A stretch of DNA of 64,000 nt from Candidatus Poribacteria bacterium (GTDB lineage Bacteria; Poribacteria; WGA-4E; PCPOR2b): positions 4,192,001-4,256,000 of the forward strand of contig OZ240245.1 in NCBI GenBank assembly GCA_965198175.1, read 5' to 3'. Shown one piece after another: positions 52,340 to 63,162 of this stretch (positions within the stretch are counted from its first letter, which is position 1; the number at the start of each line of letters is the position of its first letter). Both the position numbers and the translations under genes were made by a program. The notes beneath the pieces were generated by a model. It saw only the letters and a list, made by a program, of their open reading frames with translations. It was not told where the DNA came from and did no database searches.

Positions 52340-55300
52340 ATGAAATTTACAAAAGGTTTGTTTACAGCCTTTTTCTTGATGTTAATTTTGCGTGGATTGA
52401 TTTCCGATGCTATGAGCCAAGAGGCAGCGCCGGGATCGACGGTTATTTTATACGGAACCAATGAAGACGCGAATACAAGCGTTCCTCCGCCGCCGATGCA
52501 AACACCACCCCCACATGCTCGCCGGTTCAGGGCGGTAAATCCACAGTTCACGGTAACCTATCACGGTTTTACGGATGAAGCCAGGGCAGCATTTCAATAT
52601 GCGGTTGATATTTGGGGTTCGCTAATCCGGTCACCAGTGACCATCCAAATAGACGCAACGTTTGCGAACCTTGAGTCCGGTACTTTGGGACAGGCAGGTC
52701 CAAATTACGTTATCCCTAGCCGGGAGATGTATTTTCCTGATGCTCTCGCTGATAAAAGGGCGGGGCAAGATGTGGGGAATGGTCGAATAGACATCGAAGC
52801 GGAATTCAATAGTAACGAGCAGATATGGTATTTTGGCACGGATGGCAACACGCCTTCAGGTAAATACGATTTTGTTAGCGCTGTGCTTCATGAGATTGGT
52901 CACGGTCTTGGTATTACTAGCGCAAGGAGAATTATTGAAACATTTTCCGGTCTCGAAGGCGCTCTTAGGATTGGGGAAGGTCATTTTCCTACGGTTTACG
53001 ATACTTTTGTCGTAAATGGAGCAGGAACAGTGATTACGAATTTTGCTGATCCTTCGACCACTCTTCTAGAGCAGTTCACCGGTAACAGCCTCTATTGGAA
53101 TGGGTCAAATGGGAAACTTGCGAACAGTGGAACTCGCCCCAAACTTTTCGCACCCACTTGGTGGATTCAAGGGTCGAGCTACGTCCACTTAGACGAGGAG
53201 ACGTATCGGTCGGGCGACTTGAACTCTTTAATGACGCCGTATTTTGATAGGGCAGAAGCCATTCACAATCCTGGTCCGATCGCACTCGGCATACTCGAGG
53301 ATATGGGGTGGACAATCAACGAAGCGCCGAAGTTTGCCGAGGACAGCACCACCCGCTCCGTGGCGGAGAATACGGCTGCGGACGTAGATATCGGTAGCGC
53401 GGTGACTGCGGCGGATGCCAACAATGCCGATACAGATGATAACACGGACGATATCTTGACATTCATCTTAAGCGGTACTGATGCGGCATCGTTTGACATT
53501 GACTCCTTTACTGGGCAGTTGAAGACAAGGGGGGCACTCGACTACGAAACTAAAACTTCCTATACGGTAACGGTCATCGCCTCCGATGGAAGCCTCAAGG
53601 ACTCCACCACAGTCAAGATTGATGTTACTGACGTTGACGAAACTCCCACCAACAGCGTGCCAGTGTTCGCCGAGGGCAGCGCTACCAGCCGTACAGTGGC
53701 GGAGAATACAGGAGCAGGCGTGAACATCGGTAGCGCGGTTACAGCCACGGATGCCGACAACGATACCTTAACCTACTCGCTCCACGGCACTGATGCAGCG
53801 TGGTTTGACATTGATAGTGGATCCGGACAGTTGAAGACGAGCGAAGCACTCGACTATGAAACCAAAATCGCCTATACCGTAACAATTAGTGTTTCCGATG
53901 ATACTGACACGGCTTCCATTACGGTCACAGTAGGTGTCAGCGACGTAAACGAAGCCGCGCCGGTGTTCTCGGAGGGCACCACCACCGCCCGCGCAGTGGC
54001 GGAGAACACAGGAGCAAGGGAAAACATCGGTAGTGAAGTGGCAGCTACGGATGCCGACAACGATACCCTAACCTACACACTGAGCGGCACGGACGCCTAT
54101 TCGTTTGACATTGACCGCACATCTGGACAGTTGAAGACGAGAGCAACTCTCGACTACGAAACGAAAGCTGTCTACACAGTAATGGTCACCGCCTCCGATG
54201 GAAGTCTTGAAAACCAAACGACGGTCACTATCAACGTCACCGACGTAGACGAAGCGCCTGATGTAGCCATCTGTCAAGTTGGAGACGTTCTCGGACCTGG
54301 GGAAAGTTGTACTTACCCCGACACCGATACAGAGTTTGCTGTGCTTGATAACGGTCAGGCGAGCCTGGATGACCCCGATTTACCCACGTGGTTCAACCAA
54401 ATATCCATTGGCAACTCACTGAACATTACTGCAACTGTCAATGGTGTACCCTATCACTTCGTTGCCAATGCAATTTCCGATGGTTCATGGAGAATAGACG
54501 AACTTGGAGAAATCTCCGTTCCGCCGGTAGACCCAGCTAGCTTGAGCGTGACTGCTTCACCAACGTTAACAGAGGCGACGCTCAATGGGGGCGTGGTTAC
54601 ACTGACACTGAGCGGAAGTGCTTACTCGCGATTTAGTTACAATGCTGTGACCGTATCAGGCATTACCGGCGTAACAACGTCCAATGTCGAGCGGGTCAGC
54701 GATACGGAGGTAACAGTTCAACTTTCATTCAGCGGAAACATGGACACCGATGGTATGCTGACCTTCACGGTTGGTGCGGATGCGATAGCAGGCTACAACG
54801 GTGCCGCACTCACTGCGGGAATATCTGTCACTGCGCTTGCGGAATCGGTGGTCGCTTCAACATCGACGCCGTTGACAGAGAGGACACTGAATGGGGGCGT
54901 GGTTACACTGACACTGAACGGTGGTACTTTTGAACTTCAGACCGCCATCAGAAATAACGTGGCGGTATCAGGTATTGCAGGTGTAACAGTTGATTCTTTC
55001 GATGTCGAGCGTATAAGCGATACGATAGCAACGGTTGAACTGACATTTGACGGCACTGACTTTGACACCAATTCCACGCTGACCTTTACGGTTGGAGCCG
55101 ACGCGATAGCCGGCTATGACGGTGCTGCGCTCACCGCGGGAATACCTGTCACCGCATTGGCGGAATCGGTAGTTGCTACAACACCTGCTCCGTTGACAGC
55201 GGAAACACTGAATGAGAGCGTGGTTACACTAACATTGAACGGTGGTACATACGAAACTCAGACCACCGTCAGAAATAACGTGATGGTATCGGGTATTACT

Positions 55301-58300
55301 GGCGCAACGGTTGGAACTTTCGGTGTCGAGCGTGTAAGCGATACAGTGGTAACGGTTGAACTGACATATGACGGTTCTAACCTTGACACCAATGCCACCC
55401 TGACCTTCACAATCGCTTCGGACGCTATAATGGGCTACAGCGGTTCCGCCCTGTCAGCACAAATACCCGTCGCTGCCTCATCAAACAGTGCCCCGGTGTT
55501 CGCCGAAGGCACCACCACTGCCCGCTCAGTGGCGGAGAATACGGGGACAGGCGTAAACATCGGTAGCACAGTGACGGCTACGGATGCGGACAATGATACC
55601 CTAACCTACACCCTAAGTGGTACTGACGCAGCAGCGTTTGATATTGACCGTACAACTGGGCAGTTGAAAACAAGGGCAGCACTTGATTATGAAACCAAAC
55701 GCGCTTATACCGTTACGGTCATCGCATCCGACGGAAGTCTCACCGCCTCCATCACTGTCACTATCACCATCAGCAACGCAAACGATGCACCGGTCTTCAC
55801 TGCGGGCGGTAGTACCAGCCGTACAGTGGCGGAGAATACGGGGGCAGGTGTGAACATCGGCGGTGCAGTGGCAGCTACGGACCCCGACAACGATGCCCTA
55901 ACCTACACCCTGAGCGGCACCGACGCTTCTTCGTTTGATATTGACCGCGCATCTGGGCAGTTGACGACGAGAGCAGCTCTCGACTACGAAACCAAAGCTG
56001 CCTACACGGTAGTGATTACTGTCTCCGACGGCAGTCTCACAGACTCAATCACCGTCACCATCAATGTCACCAACGTACCTGAAACTCCCACGAACAGGGC
56101 GCCGGTGTTCTCCGAAGGGAGCACTACTAGCCGTGCAGTGGCAGAGAATACGGCGGCGGACGCTAGCATCGGTAGCGCGGTGGCGGCTACAGATCCGGAC
56201 AACGATGCCCTAACCTATACCCTCAATGGTACCGATGCCTCTTCGTTTGATATTGACCGCACGTCCGGGCAGTTGAAGACGAGAGCAGCACTCAACTACG
56301 AGTCCAAAACTGCCTATACGGTAGTGATTACTGTCTCCGACGGCAGTCTCACGGACTCCATTACGGTCACTATCAACGTCACTGACCTAGACGATCAAGC
56401 AAGTCCGACGATAACGTTAGACGCACCACCTCTAACGGAGACAACGTTGAACGGGAGCGTAGTCACACTGAGGTTGAGCAACCGAGTCTATGTGCGCTGG
56501 CTGAGCGACCTTGTGACGGTATCGGGTATTGATGGCGTATCCGTTAGGTCGTTTGATGTGAGGCGTGCGAGCGATACGGTGGTAACAATTGAATTGACAT
56601 ACGACGGTACGGACTTTGATACCGATGCCACCCTCATATTTAAGGTCCGGGCGGGTGCAATAGCAGATTACGACGGGGCTGCATTGACGGATGCCCTACC
56701 CGTCACTGCGAGTCAGGAATCAGTGGTTGTCTCACCCGGGTCCTTGACGGAGGCGACTCTGAATGGGAGCATTGTGACACTGACGTTAAGCGGCGGTGTC
56801 TACGAATCCCGGTTCACCGTCGGAAATAATGTGACGGTGTCGGGTATTGACGGCGTTACTTTTCGCAGCTTCGATGTAGATAGGGTCAGCCATACGGCGG
56901 TAACAGTTGAACTGAGGTTTGACGGTACGGACTTTGATACGGACGCTACCCTAACCTTCACGGTTGGAGCTGGTGCAATAGAAAATTATAATGGAGCCGC
57001 ATTCACTGCGGCAATTCCTGTCACAGCGGTGGTGGAAGAAACACCAAGAATGACCGTATCATCTTCACAATCGCTCACAGAGACAACCCTGGATGAAAGC
57101 ATGGTCACACTCACGTTGTCCTCCGGTGCTTACGCACAATCTAGTTTTGATGTCAGCCGTGCTGTCACGGTGTCAGGGATTGATGGCGTCACATTTCGCA
57201 GGTTTGATGTGGATCGGGTCAGCGATACGGTGGTAACGGTTGAACTGACATACGACGGTACAGACTTTGACACCGATGCTACCCTTACCTTTACAGTTGG
57301 AGCGGGTGCAATCGCAAACTATAACGGCGACTCACTAACTGCGGGAATACCTGTCACTGCGGTGGTAGAGGAAGATCCAACGATAACTGCATCAACCCCA
57401 CAGCCGCTTACGGAGGCAACCCTAGATGAGAGTGTGGTGACATTAACGCTAATAAACCGCACATACGTGCGATCTAGCTTCGACATTAGAGATGCTGTGA
57501 CAGTAGACGGCATCGTCGGCGTCGCTGTTGGAACCTTCGGAGTAGACCGTTTGAGCGACTCGGAGGTGACCGTTGAACTGACATTCAACGGCAACTTTGA
57601 CACGGATGCCACCCTCACCTTCTCCGTCGAAGCGGACGCAATAGCGGACTACAACGGCCCCGCGCTGATTGCGCAAGTACCTGTCACCGGAGGGCAGGAA
57701 TTGGTAACTGCCTCAACAGAAGGACCGCTGACAGAAGCAACACTTGATGACAGCGTCGTCACACTCACGCTAAGCGGCGGTGTTTACGAACAATCTACCT
57801 TCGACCTCAGAGATGCCGTGACAGTAGACGGCATTGACGGTGTCACGATTCACGGGTTTGATTTGGAGCGCGTCAGCGGTACGGTAGTTACCGTCGAACT
57901 GACATTCGTCGGCAATATTGACACCGATGCCGCCCTCACCTTCTCCGTCGGCGCCGATGCAATAACAGGATACAACGGACCCGCACTCACAGCACAACTA
58001 CCCGTCACCGCTGGACAGGAATCGGTAACTGCATCAACAGAGGCGCCCTTGACAGAAACTACCCTTGATGGCAGCGTGGTCACACTCACACTTAACGGGG
58101 CTAAATACGCACGTTCTATCTTTAACATCAGAGATGCTGTGACGGTAGCCGGATTTGACGGTGTAACAATTCCTTGGCACCAACCAGACCGAGAGAGCGA
58201 TACCGTAATCACCGTTGAACTTGAATTCAACGGAAACATTGACACGGATGCTACCCTCACCGTCTCCGTCGGCGCCGATGCAATAGCCGGTTACAACGGC

Positions 58301-59911
58301 CCCGCACTCACAGCACAACTACCCGTCACCGCTGGGCAGGAATCGGTAACCGCATCAACAGAAACCTCCTTGACAGAAGCAACGCTGGCTGGAAGTTTGG
58401 TTACATTGACGCTAAGCGACGGTGTTTACACACAATCGATATTCGATATTAGAGATGCTGTCACCGTATCCGGCATTGACGGCGTAACAATACCTTGGCA
58501 CCAGCCAGATCGAGAGAGCGACACCGTTATCACCGTTGAACTCGGATTCCACGGCAACTTTGATACCGATGCCACCCTTACCTTTTCCGTCGGCGCCGAT
58601 GCATTAGCGGGATACGACGGCCCTGCGCTGCTTTCACAAGTACCTGTCACCGCCGGGCAGGAATCCATAGTGGCATCAACAGAGGCACCATTGACAGAGG
58701 TAACCCTAAATGAGAGCGTCGTCACACTCACGCTAAACGGAGCTAAATACGCACGTTCGAGCTTTGACATCAGAGATGCTGTGACGGTATCCGGTATTGA
58801 CGGTGTGACAATTCCTTGGCACCAACCAGACCGGGAGAGCGACACCGTTATCACCGTTGAACTTGAATTCAGCGGTGACTTCGACACCGATACGGCACTA
58901 ACCTTTGCTGTGGGAGCAGAAGCAATAGCGAGCTACGATGGTCCTGCATTCACTGCCCAAATTCCTGTCACCGCTAACACGGAATCGGTAGTTGCCTCTG
59001 CTGCGTCCCCATTGACAGAAGTAACCCTAAATGAGAGCGTCGTCACACTCACGCTAAACGGGGCTAAATATGCACGTTCTAGCTTTGACATCAGAGATGG
59101 GGTAACGCTATCTGGTATTCCCGGCGTAACAATACCTTGGCACCAACCAGACCGAGAGAGTGATACGGAAATCACTGTTGAACTTGAATTTAGTGGGAAC
59201 ATCAACACTGATAGCACGCTGACCTTCACCGTGGGCGCAGATGCCATCGCAAACTACAACGGGTCCGCACTCACAGCCGAAATATCCGTCACCGCAGGTC
59301 CGGAAGGGGATGCAAACCAGGATGGTATCGTGGACATCGAAGATTTGGTGGAGGTCGCTTCAAATTTCCAGCAGACAGGACCAAATAACGCTGATGTCAA
59401 CGGAGATGGCATCGTAGATGTAAAAGACTTGCTTTTAGTTGCAGGTGCGCTAGAGAACACGGCAGCCGCGCCTGCCGCACATCCACAAGCACTGACGATC
59501 CTGACCGCCGCCGATATCCAAGGTTGGTTGGCTCAAGCACGGCAGTTAAACCTGACAGATGCAACATCACAAAGGGGCATTCTCTTCTTAGAGCAACTTC
59601 TCGCAACGCTGGCACCGAAAGAGACGGCGCTCCTGCCAAACTACCCGAATCCATTCAATCCGGAGACGTGGATACCGTATCGGTTGGCGGAGGACGCTTT
59701 GGTAACGCTGACCATCTATGACCAGAGCGGTCAGCTAGTCCGTACGCTTGAGATCGGGCATCGGATGGCTGGATTCTACGAGACTCGGTCAAAGGCTATC
59801 TACTGGGATGGTCGGAACCAGTTCGGTGAACAGGTAGCAAGTGGCGTGTATTTCTATCACCTGTCCGCAGGCGATCATTACGCCACGCGGAAGATGTTGG
59901 TTCTGAAATAG
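52340..59911 (+). CDS. Giant secreted protein: zinc metallopeptidase, 6 cadherin domains, 12 Ig-like repeats, dockerin-like and FlgD-like tail
   Basis: HEIGHGLG; PVF…VAENT…LDYE repeats; LTExTLxxSVVTLTL repeats; DANQDG/DVNGDG; NYPNPFNPETWIPY. Confidence 0.9.
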   Translation: MKFTKGLFTAFFLMLILRGLISDAMSQEAAPGSTVILYGTNEDANTSVPPPPMQTPPPHARRFRAVNPQFTVTYHGFTDEARAAFQYAVDIWGSLIRSPVTIQIDATFANLESGTLGQAGPNYVIPSREMYFPDALADKRAGQDVGNGRIDIEAEFNSNEQIWYFGTDGNTPSGKYDFVSAVLHEIGHGLGITSARRIIETFSGLEGALRIGEGHFPTVYDTFVVNGAGTVITNFADPSTTLLEQFTGNSLYWNGSNGKLANSGTRPKLFAPTWWIQGSSYVHLDEETYRSGDLNSLMTPYFDRAEAIHNPGPIALGILEDMGWTINEAPKFAEDSTTRSVAENTAADVDIGSAVTAADANNADTDDNTDDILTFILSGTDAASFDIDSFTGQLKTRGALDYETKTSYTVTVIASDGSLKDSTTVKIDVTDVDETPTNSVPVFAEGSATSRTVAENTGAGVNIGSAVTATDADNDTLTYSLHGTDAAWFDIDSGSGQLKTSEALDYETKIAYTVTISVSDDTDTASITVTVGVSDVNEAAPVFSEGTTTARAVAENTGARENIGSEVAATDADNDTLTYTLSGTDAYSFDIDRTSGQLKTRATLDYETKAVYTVMVTASDGSLENQTTVTINVTDVDEAPDVAICQVGDVLGPGESCTYPDTDTEFAVLDNGQASLDDPDLPTWFNQISIGNSLNITATVNGVPYHFVANAISDGSWRIDELGEISVPPVDPASLSVTASPTLTEATLNGGVVTLTLSGSAYSRFSYNAVTVSGITGVTTSNVERVSDTEVTVQLSFSGNMDTDGMLTFTVGADAIAGYNGAALTAGISVTALAESVVASTSTPLTERTLNGGVVTLTLNGGTFELQTAIRNNVAVSGIAGVTVDSFDVERISDTIATVELTFDGTDFDTNSTLTFTVGADAIAGYDGAALTAGIPVTALAESVVATTPAPLTAETLNESVVTLTLNGGTYETQTTVRNNVMVSGITGATVGTFGVERVSDTVVTVELTYDGSNLDTNATLTFTIASDAIMGYSGSALSAQIPVAASSNSAPVFAEGTTTARSVAENTGTGVNIGSTVTATDADNDTLTYTLSGTDAAAFDIDRTTGQLKTRAALDYETKRAYTVTVIASDGSLTASITVTITISNANDAPVFTAGGSTSRTVAENTGAGVNIGGAVAATDPDNDALTYTLSGTDASSFDIDRASGQLTTRAALDYETKAAYTVVITVSDGSLTDSITVTINVTNVPETPTNRAPVFSEGSTTSRAVAENTAADASIGSAVAATDPDNDALTYTLNGTDASSFDIDRTSGQLKTRAALNYESKTAYTVVITVSDGSLTDSITVTINVTDLDDQASPTITLDAPPLTETTLNGSVVTLRLSNRVYVRWLSDLVTVSGIDGVSVRSFDVRRASDTVVTIELTYDGTDFDTDATLIFKVRAGAIADYDGAALTDALPVTASQESVVVSPGSLTEATLNGSIVTLTLSGGVYESRFTVGNNVTVSGIDGVTFRSFDVDRVSHTAVTVELRFDGTDFDTDATLTFTVGAGAIENYNGAAFTAAIPVTAVVEETPRMTVSSSQSLTETTLDESMVTLTLSSGAYAQSSFDVSRAVTVSGIDGVTFRRFDVDRVSDTVVTVELTYDGTDFDTDATLTFTVGAGAIANYNGDSLTAGIPVTAVVEEDPTITASTPQPLTEATLDESVVTLTLINRTYVRSSFDIRDAVTVDGIVGVAVGTFGVDRLSDSEVTVELTFNGNFDTDATLTFSVEADAIADYNGPALIAQVPVTGGQELVTASTEGPLTEATLDDSVVTLTLSGGVYEQSTFDLRDAVTVDGIDGVTIHGFDLERVSGTVVTVELTFVGNIDTDAALTFSVGADAITGYNGPALTAQLPVTAGQESVTASTEAPLTETTLDGSVVTLTLNGAKYARSIFNIRDAVTVAGFDGVTIPWHQPDRESDTVITVELEFNGNIDTDATLTVSVGADAIAGYNGPALTAQLPVTAGQESVTASTETSLTEATLAGSLVTLTLSDGVYTQSIFDIRDAVTVSGIDGVTIPWHQPDRESDTVITVELGFHGNFDTDATLTFSVGADALAGYDGPALLSQVPVTAGQESIVASTEAPLTEVTLNESVVTLTLNGAKYARSSFDIRDAVTVSGIDGVTIPWHQPDRESDTVITVELEFSGDFDTDTALTFAVGAEAIASYDGPAFTAQIPVTANTESVVASAASPLTEVTLNESVVTLTLNGAKYARSSFDIRDGVTLSGIPGVTIPWHQPDRESDTEITVELEFSGNINTDSTLTFTVGADAIANYNGSALTAEISVTAGPEGDANQDGIVDIEDLVEVASNFQQTGPNNADVNGDGIVDVKDLLLVAGALENTAAAPAAHPQALTILTAADIQGWLAQARQLNLTDATSQRGILFLEQLLATLAPKETALLPNYPNPFNPETWIPYRLAEDALVTLTIYDQSGQLVRTLEIGHRMAGFYETRSKAIYWDGRNQFGEQVASGVYFYHLSAGDHYATRKMLVLK

Positions 59912-60167
59912 TATCAGTCGACCAAATGATAATTAATCTTATAGATGATACTGTGGGCTGTATTGTTTTGGGGCTTCATATTGACCTCCATCAACCGATT
60001 GTAGTTGATGGCAATCCCATCTTTTTTAGTTTACTCGTGGGGTCATTTCATTTAACCTAAAAGTAGCAATAGATTGGCAGAAGGGGAACAGACATTGGCT
60101 GCTTGTTCTCCTTCTGTTTCTTCCTCAAAAATGTAAAGTTCATCCTAAACTTGAAAGGAACACAAAA

Positions 60168-61082
60168 ATTTTTCAACAAGTAATCCCCCGTTCGTTCATG
60201 TGGTTGGTTAGCTTTTGTGCAGTTTTTATTATCGGAAACATCGGTTGCGGTCAAGAAGATAACAGCCAACCGGTCATTGAATCCATTCCCGACATTAAAC
60301 TTAATGTAGATGCCGAGTCGACGGTGGTAGTCAACATTACGGACGCGGATCTTCGTGACACGCATAGCATCCGCGCGTCTTCCGATGACAAAGCGATTGC
60401 GATTGTGTCGGTAAACAATACCACCCTTTCGATTAGCAGCACGTTAGCGGGGGGAGTAACAACCATCACAGTCTCCGCTACAGACGATAGCGGACAGGAT
60501 AACGCCGAGTCAACACCTGTAACCTTTCAGGTCTCGGTTGAGGCTAATAGCCAACCGGTAATTAATAAACCCATACCCGATATAACGCTTACTGCTGGAA
60601 CTAAGGTTGAGGTGGAAGTTAGCGTCACGGATGCGGATGTTGATGACACGCATACGGTCAATGCCTCGTCCGATAATAGCACGGTTGTGGATTTGGGATA
60701 TTTTAGTACTATCCTTAAGATTTACGGAGAAACCGAGGGAGTGGCAATCGTCACAGCTTCTGTTTATGATGATAGTGGAGTGAATAATGCAAAGTCAATA
60801 CCTGTGACCTTTCAGGTGACTGTTGAACCATACGTCAATAAGGGGCGTTGTGCTGTCGGAATGGTACTCGAAGCGGGAGAAAGTTGTACGTACTTTGCCG
60901 ATGGTGCTGAGGTGTTGTTTTACGTTGATAATGACCTGGGTTGTCGAGGAACTGAGACTGCGGAAGGGAAACGCCTTCGGCTTTGCGTAAGTCCTGAAAT
61001 AGAGCGAGATGATTTCTTCAATACTAGGTTTGCCGCCCAAAAAAATGCGAATGAGAGTTGGACTGTTAAGAGGATTCCCTGA
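60168..61082 (+). CDS. Lipoprotein with two Ig-like domains and a Cys-containing C-terminal module (start uncertain: ATT 60168 or ATG 60198)
   Basis: Lipobox-like NIGC; duplicated NSQPVI…IPDI…TDAD…PVTFQV. Confidence 0.7.
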   Translation: MFQQVIPRSFMWLVSFCAVFIIGNIGCGQEDNSQPVIESIPDIKLNVDAESTVVVNITDADLRDTHSIRASSDDKAIAIVSVNNTTLSISSTLAGGVTTITVSATDDSGQDNAESTPVTFQVSVEANSQPVINKPIPDITLTAGTKVEVEVSVTDADVDDTHTVNASSDNSTVVDLGYFSTILKIYGETEGVAIVTASVYDDSGVNNAKSIPVTFQVTVEPYVNKGRCAVGMVLEAGESCTYFADGAEVLFYVDNDLGCRGTETAEGKRLRLCVSPEIERDDFFNTRFAAQKNANESWTVKRIP

Positions 61083-61284
61083 TGAAATTAAAGTCTCCTT
61101 TGAGTTTAGCTCATGGGGCCATCTAATCCAAACATTAAATATCAAGAGATTGGCATAGTGGAAAATAGGCATGGGCTGCTATATATGTTAAGGCTATAGT
61201 CCCTTCAGCGAGCACTCCGTAAGGAGCCCGTCTGACGTGCGCAAGCCATGACGTTTTAGAGATTGTAATGGATAATTGAGAAAA

Positions 61285-61902
61285 ATGTTCAGACAAGCAA
61301 CACACCGTTCGTTTTTGTGGTTAGTTAGCCTTTGTATAGTTGTCCAACTCGGCATTATGGGTTGTGGCGAGGATTACACTGATCATGATGTGGAGGAGGA
61401 CAGGTATGATGAGTGGTTTGGCGTGTGGTCCCTTGAAACCTTCGATGGTCAGAGTTGGGAACAGCTATTTGCCGAACAGATATATGGCAAAGGTGTAACG
61501 AATTTTTCGTCTTCTTATTCTTATTCTACCAACAACAATACCTGGCTGTTTAATTTCGATGGAACGTGGATGGCGGAGTTCGATTTTCAGCTTTCCACTT
61601 TGAGGTTATCAAGAAAAGTAAGTTCAACTTACACCGTATCTAGTAGCGGGTATACACTCACATGGTCAGGGTTTACCGGGTTTGTTCACTTCCTGAGCTA
61701 CACACGTCCGGGTAAACGTAAACCCGATACAATTGGACTAATTGACGCACTAGGTGAACTAATCAATGCAGTGACAGTAAATCAACTATCTGAAGACGGC
61801 CAACCTGTCGAACCTATAGAAACCGGTACATGGTCTAGAAAAGGCAACACTCTCACACTAATCACCGATGCCGGTCATGTCATTGTCTTCAAAAAGAGAT
61901 AA
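61285..61902 (+). CDS. Lipoprotein, lipocalin-like
   Basis: IMGC lipobox; GVWSL…GTWSRKGNTLTL. Confidence 0.65.
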   Translation: MFRQATHRSFLWLVSLCIVVQLGIMGCGEDYTDHDVEEDRYDEWFGVWSLETFDGQSWEQLFAEQIYGKGVTNFSSSYSYSTNNNTWLFNFDGTWMAEFDFQLSTLRLSRKVSSTYTVSSSGYTLTWSGFTGFVHFLSYTRPGKRKPDTIGLIDALGELINAVTVNQLSEDGQPVEPIETGTWSRKGNTLTLITDAGHVIVFKKR

Positions 61903-61975
61903 CGCCTAGTAATGTTAAGGTCTGTAATTGGTTAACTCAAGTCTCCCACCGTTGATAACAAAGGATTGAAACAAC

Positions 61976-62713
61976 ATGAAAAGAATTCGGAGTTACTGTT
62001 TTGGTGTTGCTTTTCTCGTTTTGCTAGTTGTCCCCGCTCTTGTGCAAGCCGTTGACACCCCGGCACCCGCTACTGCTGCATGCTTGATTGGGGACCATCC
62101 GGGCATCCTCGAATCCGACGCGCAGACCGCAGCGATGTTGGTGTGTGATGAACTACGCCAGCAGGGAATATCGGTCGGTAAACCGGTTTACGAGACTCCG
62201 GCTAAAGCGAATGTCTACCGCCTTGTATTGCGCCGTTTGGGCGAAAAGATTTTCGTGCGATTGAGTCAGGAATCCCCCATTGGAACCGTTATCGCCGAGC
62301 GTCACATGACCTTAGCAAATATTGAAGAGATGATTCCTGCTGCGCCGAGACTGGTTAATGCGCTTATCCACCGCAAACCGATCAATAGCACAGTTGACAT
62401 TGAGAGTGTTACCGAACACGAGGCACGCGAACTCCGGAAGATATCGGGTGAGTCCCTTTGGAATATGGGAATCTTCGGTATCAGCATGCCCGGCACAGAT
62501 ATAGCAGCCAAACCGGCTCTTGGCTTTGGTTGGTCTTATGAAACGCCATCCTATGCTGCAGCGACAGAGTTTCGGTTCAGGATACAGGAAGAGGGAGACA
62601 GATTCGAGGCTGACGGTGACCGTTTTTCTTTCTTCTCTTGGTCGATCGGGGGAAGTTACTTTCTCAACAAACGAAATTGCTCACCTTATGTGGGCGGTGG
62701 CCTCGCTCTATAG
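61976..62713 (+). CDS. Secreted hypothetical protein, probably truncated at its C-terminus by a MITE
   Basis: Signal peptide; ends at the beta-strand PYVGGGLAL, with the stop codon inside the 30-bp repeat. Confidence 0.6.
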   Translation: MKRIRSYCFGVAFLVLLVVPALVQAVDTPAPATAACLIGDHPGILESDAQTAAMLVCDELRQQGISVGKPVYETPAKANVYRLVLRRLGEKIFVRLSQESPIGTVIAERHMTLANIEEMIPAAPRLVNALIHRKPINSTVDIESVTEHEARELRKISGESLWNMGIFGISMPGTDIAAKPALGFGWSYETPSYAAATEFRFRIQEEGDRFEADGDRFSFFSWSIGGSYFLNKRNCSPYVGGGLAL

Positions 62714-62890
62714 TCATTGTAACTAAAAATTACACATGTGTTTATTAACATATCCAAGTTCCCACCCATTCCCGTAGGTCGGGCTTCCAGCCCGAGCCGC
62801 TCAATGGGAAGCGTCGCAAACCGGCAGATTGTGAGCTAGGTCGAGTCAATCATCGCTCATATGTGTAAATATAGATGCAAATGACTGTAG
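62708..62890. mobile_element. MITE with IS630-like ends
   Basis: 30-bp imperfect inverted repeats at 62708-62737 and 62861-62890 with terminal TA; internal REP-like GTAGGTCGGGCTTCCAGCCCGA. Confidence 0.6.
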
Positions 62891-63162
62891 ATGCGACTGA
62901 GATTATCCGATTTTAAATGTGGAAGACTGCTCAAATCATAACCCAATTCTGCTCAACTGCGTAATCCCGATAGGCAATCCTTTCTTGATAAATATATACG
63001 TCATCAACTCCGTTTTTTTTCCCTTCTCTCCTGTTTTGCGACAAGCGTTTTGCGTTTGGCTTTGAATCTGTCTGGGGATCGACTGCTCAATCGTTGAGCG
63101 AGTGGTGTGAGGGCGCGGAGATCCTCTATGCTACACTTGCGCAACTCTGGAAAGAGCGCCTT

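Noticed and set aside
61190..61250. GNRA-capped hairpin (CTCC-GTAA-GGAG) before the lipoprotein gene
   Set aside because: Too short, and it does not match a riboswitch consensus that I can recognise.
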